Shown piece after piece: positions 54,285-64,000 of a DNA stretch of 64,000 nucleotides. The position numbers and the translations under genes were made by a program. The notes beneath the pieces were generated by a model. The model was not told where the DNA came from, ran no database searches, and worked only from the letters and a program-made list of their open reading frames with translations. How positions within the stretch are numbered: the first letter of the stretch is position 1; every line of letters begins with the position of its first letter. The stretch covers positions 558,001 through 622,000 of the forward strand of contig JBODTK010000010.1 in assembly GCA_050613775.1 (NCBI GenBank), written 5' to 3'. Source of the DNA: Neocallimastix sp. 'constans'. Its lineage: Eukaryota.

Positions 54285-56708
54285 ATGTCAACTATACGAA
54301 GAGGTCTGCGACATTATGGTCCTGACCATGATAAATTTGTTTTAATTTTCATTCATGATCTTGAATCTTGGACTGAAAGTAGACTTTGGGAATTTTTAAG
54401 CAAAAAAATATCAAATTGTAATGAAGTTGTTCATGGAATCGTTAAAAAACACTATATTAATATGGAAAACTACTTCATCCTAAGAGTTAACTATAATAAT
54501 TATACGGATTATTTGAAGGTTATTTATTTGATTACTAAGCACTTACCTGTTAAAAGAATAAAATGGAAGATTACTTCAAGGATACGCACATTTAGCAATA
54601 TTAATCATAATAGAACCAGGTATTATTCTGAACCCTCAATCCCCATCTCTGAAAGCCTCCTGTATGCTAACCCTTTCTCGAATACTAAATATTTCAACCT
54701 CTGTATTAGCTGGAACATAAATGGTTGGAATTCTGAAAAACGTGACGGACTTACCAATTTTAATTCAATCTTTAATCCTATTTGTATTTGTCTTCAAGAA
54801 GTCGGTAATAGTTCATTCCTTAACTCATTTTCTAACACATATTCATTCCTTAATCATTATAGAACAGTACTGAGACGTGCGGACAAAAAAATCCCTGGTA
54901 TGAGGGGCCTTTATATAGGTGTACACTCCTCCTGCCAATTCACTAATGATGATTTTGAATATAGATATATACTCTCAGTAAATATATTCTCTTTTTGGGG
55001 TGTCAGATGTTCTTTAGGGAACATTTACTTCCCTAGCAAAAAACACAAAGACTCTAGAGAAAAAGCGGAAACTGATTTTGCTAATTGGCTCAAGAACCAT
55101 CAGAATATCCCTTCGGCTATTGTTGGTGATTTCAACATGACTAAGCAACAACTCAAAGATCTTATTCTTAGAATTTCCCCTCAATGGTTTGTTATGGATA
55201 TGGTTGGTCATCAATTTACTTGGTCTAATGGTGGAAAGAATTCTTGTATTGATTTTATAGTAGTGAACGATAAATTAAGATATTATCTGAATATTGCTTC
55301 TGTATGCTACTCTTTTAATGACATCTCTGACCATTTACCACTTATTCTTTCTTGTAAAAAAATATCTCCTGATGGTTTTGTTACTCCCCCTCGGGATAAA
55401 CAAATTAAGTGGTCTAATCGAATTTGTAGGGATAAACGTGAAGCAATCTTCTTTCATAATAAATTCACATGTTTACTGGATGAATTTGAACATAATGATA
55501 ATCTAGACTCTAATACAATGGTTAAAAAACTTCTTGACACAGCAAATAAAATAGGCGATGACATTCAAGCAAGAGTTCCTACAAATTTACAGGGTTCAGC
55601 GTTCCATTGTCCTGCTTATATTAAGAAATTATCACATGAAAAACATTTATTTTATAAAAGGATTAAAAATTATAAACTTAGTAGTGATTTGTCTAATCTT
55701 CAAGAATTTTGTGATCTCTCAAAAGAATATAGAGTTCTTTCTGATTATATCATTAGTATTAAAAGAAATATTAGGATTATTAGATTTAAAAATTTGATTC
55801 ATTCCATCGGCGAATGTTTCTTAAAAAATGATGCCCAGCGTGGTTGGTCTGGACTTAAGAAAATCTCTAAACCTTCTTACTCTCCTTCCCAATCACCTGT
55901 ATACATTAAAGATAAAGAAGGTAATGTTCTAGTATCCCAAGAAGATCAACTCAATCGTTTTGCAGAACACTATGAAGAACTTGCTTCTGATATAACTGGT
56001 CACAGTCTTAATGAAAATTATTGGAAAAGAATACTTAATAATTCTTCTACTCCTCAGGAATCATGGGATATTAATCAACCTATTTCCATGTCAGAAATTC
56101 ATTCAACTGTTCTTTCAATGAAAAATAACAAAGCACCTGGTCCTGATGGTATACCTACAGAATTTTTTAAAGCATTTTTTAATTCTGAGAGTAGTACTTC
56201 TTCTCAGGATGACTCTAATCAAGAGGTTACTTATTCCGATTGTGCAAAGTGTCTGTTATTACTTTTTAATAAAATTTGGGATGGTGACTTTCCTAATGAA
56301 TGGAACTCTGCTTCTATTGTTTCTATTCCTAAAAAAGGGGATCTTTCAGATTGTAATAATTATCGTGGTATTTCACTCATCAATGTAGGTTTAAAAATTC
56401 TATCAAAAATTGTCACTAAAAGAATATCGGACTATGCTTTTTCTAATGGAATAATTAGACCAGAACAGTTTGGTTTTAGAAATAAAGAAGAATGTATTAG
56501 TTTATTTGTATCCATTCGTGAAATTTGTCAAAGAAGAAAATTTAAGGATAAATTTACCTTTCTTGCCTTTCTTGACCTTAAAAAAGCTTATGATTCAGTT
56601 CCAATTTACAATATACTTACTAAACTAAATAATCTTGGTATTCGTGGTAAATGCCTTCAATTCATTACTAATCTAATACCTTACCTCGAAAGCTCGTGCA
56701 AACTTTAA
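54285..56708 (+). CDS. LINE ORF part 1: N-terminal domain, AP endonuclease, RT N-terminal half
   Basis: SWNING, CLQE, GDFN, CIDF and SDH endonuclease motifs; KAPGPDG, NYRGISL, QFGFR and FLDLKKAYDSV RT motifs; frameshift near 56675. Confidence 0.9.
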   Translation: MSTIRRGLRHYGPDHDKFVLIFIHDLESWTESRLWEFLSKKISNCNEVVHGIVKKHYINMENYFILRVNYNNYTDYLKVIYLITKHLPVKRIKWKITSRIRTFSNINHNRTRYYSEPSIPISESLLYANPFSNTKYFNLCISWNINGWNSEKRDGLTNFNSIFNPICICLQEVGNSSFLNSFSNTYSFLNHYRTVLRRADKKIPGMRGLYIGVHSSCQFTNDDFEYRYILSVNIFSFWGVRCSLGNIYFPSKKHKDSREKAETDFANWLKNHQNIPSAIVGDFNMTKQQLKDLILRISPQWFVMDMVGHQFTWSNGGKNSCIDFIVVNDKLRYYLNIASVCYSFNDISDHLPLILSCKKISPDGFVTPPRDKQIKWSNRICRDKREAIFFHNKFTCLLDEFEHNDNLDSNTMVKKLLDTANKIGDDIQARVPTNLQGSAFHCPAYIKKLSHEKHLFYKRIKNYKLSSDLSNLQEFCDLSKEYRVLSDYIISIKRNIRIIRFKNLIHSIGECFLKNDAQRGWSGLKKISKPSYSPSQSPVYIKDKEGNVLVSQEDQLNRFAEHYEELASDITGHSLNENYWKRILNNSSTPQESWDINQPISMSEIHSTVLSMKNNKAPGPDGIPTEFFKAFFNSESSTSSQDDSNQEVTYSDCAKCLLLLFNKIWDGDFPNEWNSASIVSIPKKGDLSDCNNYRGISLINVGLKILSKIVTKRISDYAFSNGIIRPEQFGFRNKEECISLFVSIREICQRRKFKDKFTFLAFLDLKKAYDSVPIYNILTKLNNLGIRGKCLQFITNLIPYLESSCKL

Positions 56709-57756
56709 TGGTAAATTTTCAAAAGAATTTCCAATACACCGTGGTGTTCGCCAAGGGTGTCCTCTCTCACCTATTTTATTCAATATATTTATCAATGATA
56801 TTTTTGATAAATGTAAAAGTTATGGTGTGATTACTGAAAAGAAAAAGTGTTGTGGTGGATTATTTGCTGATGATATTGTATTATTAGCTCCTACAAAATC
56901 TTCACTTAAAAACCTTTTGAATATCGCTCATTATTGGGGTATTAAAAATGAAATGACCTTTAGAATCAATAAATGCGCTACACTAGTTGTTAAACCAAAG
57001 AATTTTATACCTTCAAGACATTATGAAAATCCTACATTTAGACTTGGTATGAACTATATACCAAGCACTAATCAATATACATATCTTGGTATACCTTTTA
57101 ATGAATCGTTGGATTTAAAACCTATTATTGCTATGATGAATAGTAAAATTAATTATACAGTTAACTCTTTCTTTAGATTTTTAACCAATAGGAATGTTCC
57201 TTTCTACATTAAAACTCGTATACTAGTTTCTTTTGTCCTTAGTTCAGTTCTTTATTATGCTCCCTTACTTGGTTCAAATAAAAAGAATACTGAAAAAGCT
57301 CAAACTGCTTTTAATCGAGGTTTGTATTGGAGTTTCGGGTTTAAAAATAAAACCTCCAATACTTCAATTTACAATATGTCTAAGGAACTTTCTATATCTC
57401 CTATAGCTAGTTTTTGTGCTAAGGCGATGATTCGATGCTTTAAAAAGTGGAAAGATTCTTCTTGTATTATTTCTCATTTAGTCAAAAATATACCTACACT
57501 TTCTCACTATTCATGGACGAAAAAAGCACGGAGTTTAGCAGTACACAAGCACAATAATAAACTTCCTGGAGAAATAAGGAAGTTTTACTGGGAAAATATT
57601 CATTATTCAAGCACTCCTGCGATCAGATCTACAAAATACAAGAAATTTAAATTTGGTTTTAAAAAATTTATTCAACGTCTATCACTTAAATATTCACAAT
57701 TTTCTCTTGGATTTTTTGGATTGGACGAATTAAATGTGGATTCAAATTTGATGTAA
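56676..57756 (+). CDS. LINE ORF part 2: RT core and thumb (frameshifted continuation)
   Basis: GVRQGCPLSP, FADD and YLG motifs; the frame is open upstream of the tracked 56827 start. Confidence 0.88.
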
Positions 57757-58370
57757 AAACGTATGTTAAAAGTAATCTAGTATCAGAAAATTGCCCAACA
57801 TTCTGCCCTTGTTGTGGTGAGAGTAACAGCATACCTAGTTTTACACACTGGATACTTTTATGTCCTAAATTTGAAGAATTTAGGCAACATTTCATTCCCT
57901 TTGTTGATGAAATTTTTATTAATTTTTCTCTTATTGTTCATGAGAAATCATTGAACATTCCTGATGATAAAGAGGAAGATTTTGATGATAATATCAATTT
58001 TTACGTGCTGTGTCTCCTTCTTGGCGGAAATACAGTATTTGAAATCTTAAAGATCGGCTCAGGAGAAAGAAGGCGATTTATTAATAATATTTTTCAATCA
58101 CCTTCGAACGAGTCTTCTTTCCCGATTTCATATTTTGTGGGGCTTGCGGTATTCCTTACTAACGTTATGCCTATTGTGATTGGTGATTTTTACACCATGA
58201 TCGATTTGTATAGTGTTAGACCTACCGTTGTCAAGAGCGTCGACGTCATAACGATAAGGCAAAGAAGAAATTCTGATACAGATTCGAATGATAATTTTCA
58301 TCCACATGGAGTTATCTTCGATGAATGGGAAGAGTTAGAGGCCATTTCGTCCTCGAACCTCATAACGTAG
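57717..58370 (+). CDS. LINE ORF part 3: C-terminal zinc-finger region (second frameshift in a T-run at about 57715)
   Basis: WIGRIKCG...CPCCGESNSIPSFTHWILLC, in frame with the tracked 57951-58370 ORF. Confidence 0.82.
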   Translation, partial: WIGRIKCGFKFDVKTYVKSNLVSENCPTFCPCCGESNSIPSFTHWILLCPKFEEFRQHFIPFVDEIFINFSLIVHEKSLNIPDDKEEDFDDNINFYVLCLLLGGNTVFEILKIGSGERRRFINNIFQSPSNESSFPISYFVGLAVFLTNVMPIVIGDFYTMIDLYSVRPTVVKSVDVITIRQRRNSDTDSNDNFHPHGVIFDEWEELEAISSSNLIT

Positions 58371-58463
58371 TTTTTTAATATTAATATAAAAAAAAATTTC
58401 ATGTATTTAAACTTCACGTATTTTTTAAAAAAAAAATATTATTAAATAAAGTTTATTCCTAGC

Positions 58464-58502
<39 letters not shown>

Positions 58503-58504
<2 letters not shown>

Positions 58505-58626
58505 GTCCAATTGAAGATGGTAATAATGGTGCTGATGAAAATTCTTTGTGCTTTAATGCATTGTTTAATGCATTGATATCAATATATTACATTTTAATAT
58601 TACATTTTATAAAATTATTACATAAT

Positions 58627-58662
<36 letters not shown>

Positions 58663-59606
58663 CTATTTCTCAAATTAAATTATATTAACTGTTAATTGAA
58701 AATTTTATATTTATAATGTTAACATACATCTAAAATATTTTATCATATAAATAAATGTTAAAAGTTTATTTTATGTTAAATAAATAAATTTTATTTTTTT
58801 AAAAAAAAAGTATATGAGAATCAAGATTTCATCCGACTTCAACGATTCATTTTAGAGTTTTAATTTTATATTTATTTTTTATATATAAATAATTAGATTT
58901 ATTAAAAAAAAATAAAAAAAATTGTATTTTTTACTTTATCATCATTTTGAATATATATTTTTTCTATATAGTATTATTTAAACTCTCATGAAGCTATTGT
59001 AAAATGGAAATGTAGGAGATTGGATTACTCTAAAAAGCTTGTGTTTACGACTTTATATAACTGATGGGATTTTATTTTTTTTTTTTTTTTTTTTTTTTTA
59101 TTGTAAACATTTTATTTTTACAATTACATTTTAGTTAATATTATGATTATTCTACAGAAAATTATTACATTAAACAGAGCCTCATTAATCAAGTAGAAAA
59201 ACAAAAATTTAAAAGATATAAAAAATTTTTATTCACAATTAACAAATTATATAAAGTCAATTATCTTACTTAAATATTTAACAATACATGGATAAAAAAA
59301 AAAAAAAAAAAAAGACAAGAAAACTAATATTTTCATATAACTATTTTTTAATTTTCTTAATTTTTTTTTTTTTTGTATCAATTTATATTAATCTTTATAT
59401 TTCCTTGTTTTTTTTTTTATTTTTAGTATTTTAGTATAAATTACTTTCATTTTTATCAATTTATAATATGTTATTCATTATGGAAAAGATATTCCGCTGA
59501 GGTTCTCATTATATGGAACATCTATTGACAACACAAGGATGTTTTTTTATTTGTGGTATACACTCATGGACCAATACTTAAATGAAGGAATTTATTCATT
59601 CAAAAT

Positions 59607-59641
<35 letters not shown>

Positions 59642-60067
59642 CAAGAATAATATTTTGTCAATGAAATGAATTACTAATTTCAATGATAGTTTTTTTTTCT
59701 TCAGGATAAAAAGTATACAACTCCAAATTTCAACCAACGTGAAATTCACTAAACGAGTTTGAAAAATGCAATATCAAGAGTTAAAATTTTCATATTGTAA
59801 AATGTTCCAAATGGAATTCGATGTTTTTTTTTTTTTTTTTTTTTTTGCATTTAAAAACAAAATTTTAATATCTAATAATACAATCCAATAATAATAACAA
59901 ACTCAGTAAATCTCAGTTCAACTCATTTAGTAAATGTTATAAATGGCAGTCATGAACTCAATACTCCCAGTATACCTAAGCTTAATTCTCAAAATCCAAT
60001 TTCAAATTTTAACACACCCAAGGAAAGTTTTCTATTTTTTGTCTTAGTTTGGAATACCAATGGATGG

Positions 60068-60108
<41 letters not shown>

Positions 60109-60503
60109 GTGAAAAGAGGTTAGTATTGTGTACTTCAAACACGAATTTTTTTTTTAAACATCATTATTATTCCTATGTTTTTTTTTTTTCAGGAAACTGG
60201 TAGTGGTGCCAAGGTTGATAAATATCCATTGTAAAGTAACACTTCCCCACTTCCCCAGCTACAAATTATTTCCAGAAAAGAAATGGATCCAAATAGGCTA
60301 GGTTGCAAGTTGCAGAGGGTTATATCTCGGGTATCATGTCTCATGTCAACCCATCCTTTCAAGATAATTCCTATACTCATCTTTTGTTTTCTTTAACAAT
60401 ATATAGTCTATGGAATCATTCTTAGTGAACTGTTGATGTTGGTATTGTCAATATTCCCACTAAAAAACACTCATCATTACAAGTACGATAGGCATTCTCT
60501 GAT

Positions 60504-60538
<35 letters not shown>

Positions 60539-61611
60539 CACATGGCTTTAAAATCACACAAATCATCCATCTATTCTTCTTTGGAGACTTTAACATGAAC
60601 ACGGCTGATTTACAAGATAAATTAACCAACAGTAACCATTGGTAACTGGCTTATTCTTTCTATTAATGGTTCACCTATTTCATGATCAAGAGGTAGATGT
60701 TCATTTAGATATTGATCATGTGTTAGTCAACTCAAGTAATGCTGGATAAAAAATATCAAATACTTATTTTGTTGACTATCTTTCTCGATCTGATCATAAA
60801 AAAATAATTTTCATCCTATTAAAAACAATAGAAATGAACTTGGTTTCCTTCTACAGATGAAGAAAAAAAAAAATAAAAAAAAAAAAAAAAAATTAAAAGT
60901 TTGGCATTCTCATTATAAATTCTAAGGGTCGGATTCTTCAGGTCATCGTCTTTCTAAAGATTACTAGAAAGATTCTGATGTACTAAGGAATTTAGGAAGT
61001 CCAAGGCAACAAGAATGGGGATATTAACCAAGATATTAACGATGAAGAACTTAGCGATGCAATCTCATCATTTACACCTAACTTTAAAGCTTGTGGTCCT
61101 GATGATATTCCAATGGAATTCTTCAAAGCTTTGATTTCCTTGTAATAGATAATTCAGAAGAATTAACTGAAAATAATAGTAGTAATATTTCATCTGGCTT
61201 TAAAATGTCTCAAAGCCTTAATTAATCATATTTGAAATGGTGATTTCTAAAAATCATGAATTACCTCATCAATAATTTCTATTCATAAAAAAAAAAAAAA
61301 AAAAAAGGACGATCCATCAGATTGTAATAACTATCGTGGCATCTCTCTTATCAATAAGAGGATAAAGAATTATTGCAAAAATTATAGCTAATAAAATCTC
61401 TAAATACCTTCCTACTTAGGTGTACCGTTTTTTTAAATGATTTAGAATTGAAACCGATCATACAGTGAATGAATAATAAAATTAAAAAAAAAAAAAAAAA
61501 AAAAAAAGGATTTCTTAAAAATCCTTATATTTCTAACCCTTATAAAAGAATGTTATTTTCAGCTATAGTAATTGGGAAAGTCTCATATTATATTATGCAT
61601 CTCTACTTGGA

Positions 61612-61647
<36 letters not shown>

Positions 61648-61940
61648 AAGAACGAGAAGTACACAGACACTAGTTAATTCAGGATTATACTGGATTGAAG
61701 GATTTTCTAAAGGGAATATAGCATTACTTCCCTTTATTGTATTTCTAAAAAGAACTTAATGATTCCTCCTCTTTCCGGCGAAATGTGCGATTGCTCAGGT
61801 AAAGGTGTTTTTAAAAAAAAATGTAAAAACTTGAAATGTATTATCTCTGATTTATTTAGAGATATATTGCCTTGTAGACGTCATGCAATAGGATAAAGAA
61901 AGTAAAATTTTTAGCTGAAAAAATTGAATAAATTTCTATC

Positions 61941-61991
<51 letters not shown>

Positions 61992-63362
61992 AATTTTAAA
62001 CTTTTTTACTAGGATAGAGATATGGAAGGCAGAGAAATCAATCAAGGCTAAGGCTTATAAAAAAAAATTTTTTTTGAGAAAACTAGAGAGTATCTAAAAC
62101 TCAACTATAAGTAATCTTGAATTTAGCATTAGCTTCCGATGGGTACTTCATGCCAGATGTGGATAATAAATTCGATGCTCGTGTTGCCAAAGCTGCAAAA
62201 ATGATTGAAGAAAACTGTCCAGAAAGGTGACCTTACTGTTATAGAAAAAAAAAAATAGTAATCTTCGATTGGAAAAACATTGGTTTTCTAAATGCTATCT
62301 TTTCCATGAATTTTTGAATAAAATATTTTGAAGGATTATTGAAGATCATTATATAAAGTAAAAAAAATTTTTTTTTTTATTATGTCTATATTTTTTGTGT
62401 CCAATATCAAATAGTAATGTAAACACTGTTATCACAGATGTGAATGATCTAGAATCAAGTACATATTCTAATAATAGTAGCGTAGTATATAATATTAATA
62501 ATAATAAATAATAGAAATAATATTGCTAATAATAGTAGTATTAGTGATAGTGAAAATAGAAATATGAATATTAATATTAGTATTGGTGAAAATAGTAATA
62601 TCGTTACTTCTAATGTAGTGAATCGTTCAATTGGGGAAATTAATAATATCGTTACTTCTAATGTAGTGAATCGTTCAATTGGTGAAAATAATAATATCGT
62701 TACTTCTAATGTAGTGAATCGTTCAATTGGTGAAAAATCATGCTAATTTAAGTGATTTTCTGAATAACGAATGTGCAAAAATATATGTGACGTGGTACCG
62801 ATTAGGTAGCCTTCCTTCTTGGTGGAAGAGATGCTGAAAATATTGATTTAAATTAATAAAAAGAAAATGGGAAATTTTGTTTAAGAAACCCAAATTATTT
62901 CTGGTGATCATTCAAAAAAAAAAAAAAAAAAAAAAAAAAAACGTTATTCTTGGTGCGATCTGCGGCTCTCTTTTTCAGAAATTATGCCTAGGGCTAGTAC
63001 TCGATGAGGGGTTACTATTCCGAAAGTATAAACGTAAACTAACCAGGAGCGTCAACGTTGAATATACAGTAAAACATGGCTAGTAGGAACCAATGCCCTC
63101 TTCAGGAGAAGACCATAATTTCTTTCAGATCGTCAATTCAAACCCTAATCCATAAGGAAGTGAGGTTCGTTGCATATGAACTTTTTTTTTTTTTTTTTCT
63201 GAATTTATTTACACATTTTATTTTTGAATATTACCTTTTTTTTTTTTTAATTTCACATTACTATTTCAAATATTACTATGTTCAAATTGGATAAATAATA
63301 TTTATATTTTATATTAATTTCTTTTTTTTTTTTTTTTTTTTTTTTTTTGTTATAAAAAAAAA
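58503..63362 (+). mobile_element. Decayed LINE of a related family with the RT core deleted
   Basis: Remnants WNTNGWN (~60050), GDFNM (~60583), KACGPDDIPMEFFK (~61086) and NYRGISL (~61329), then a jump straight to YLGVP (~61413); zinc-finger region at ~62200-62300; 48-bp repeat x3 at ~62590-62735. Ends approximate. Confidence 0.85.
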
Positions 63363-63420
63363 TTCATGTAATTAATAAATGACTAAATAAATAAAGATTA
63401 AAATTCGCAACAACTGCAGC

Positions 63421-63484
<64 letters not shown>

Positions 63485-63709
63485 TAAATACGGATTTAAT
63501 TAAAAAAAAAAAAATCGTTATAGTTATCATTTGGTAATAAAAATTTCTTTTCGATGTACATTGTCATCATCCTTATTTGTTTCATCACCCTTACTCATAA
63601 TAAGGATGGATGATGAAGAAACCGAACTTTTTTCTGAGATATCTTTTTTCTTAAGTTCTTTTTCTTTCCATGATTTTAAACATTAAATTTTTAATAAAAT
63701 TTTATTAAT

Positions 63710-63822
<113 letters not shown>

Positions 63823-64000
63823 ATGAGATATATTTAATTTATATTTTGAAAATAGTAAATATATAATTATATAATATCAATTTATAATTTTAGATAAGCC
63901 TGGCTATAATAGCTCAATTCGTACAAAAAATAATTTTATTTAAACTTTATTTATTATAAAATTTATTATTTATTAAAATAATAAATTGATTTACACTAAA

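Larger units (their letters stand above)
53555..58502 (+). mobile_element. Near full-length APE-type non-LTR retrotransposon (LINE), single long ORF with two frameshifts
   Basis: ~730-bp 5' UTR (start approximate); APE, RT and C-terminal CCHC domains; poly(A) at 58466-58502. Confidence 0.88.

Noticed and set aside
56660..57720. Programmed frameshifting in the LINE ORF
   Set aside because: The shifts fall inside conserved regions without slippery-site-plus-stem signals; more likely mutations or sequencing indels.
63560..63625. Inverted repeat with TGATGA and GAAAC resembling a hammerhead
   Set aside because: It lacks CUGA and stem II; more likely a decayed coding fragment.

Overview
Very AT-rich eukaryotic DNA, almost certainly from an anaerobic gut fungus (Neocallimastigomycota), inferred from the intronless GH8 enzyme carrying tandem fungal dockerins and from base composition. 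The first 17 kb is a three-level nest of Ty3/Gypsy LTR elements 14 bp upstream of a tRNA-Gly(TCC) gene. The outer element B (977-17018) has a tRNA primer-binding site and a 4-bp TSD. A chromovirus, A (1029-10995), sits inside the 5' LTR of B with a 5-bp TSD and an apparent self-priming site. A small non-autonomous element, C (7582-10503), sits inside the 3' LTR of A and encodes only a catalytically dead retroviral-type protease. The rest of the window holds a hairpin-dense ~1.9 kb segment, a foldback element interrupted by a structured poly(A)-tailed retroposon, decayed Copia and LINE copies, a solo LTR of C, a ~3 kb palindromic minisatellite and two tandem APE-type LINEs that share a conserved 5'-UTR motif. 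There are three host genes: GH8-dockerin, an Agd3/CE18-like deacetylase and a G/P/Q/Y-rich protein with a nearby pseudogene. All calls were made by eye; no searches or folding programs were run.
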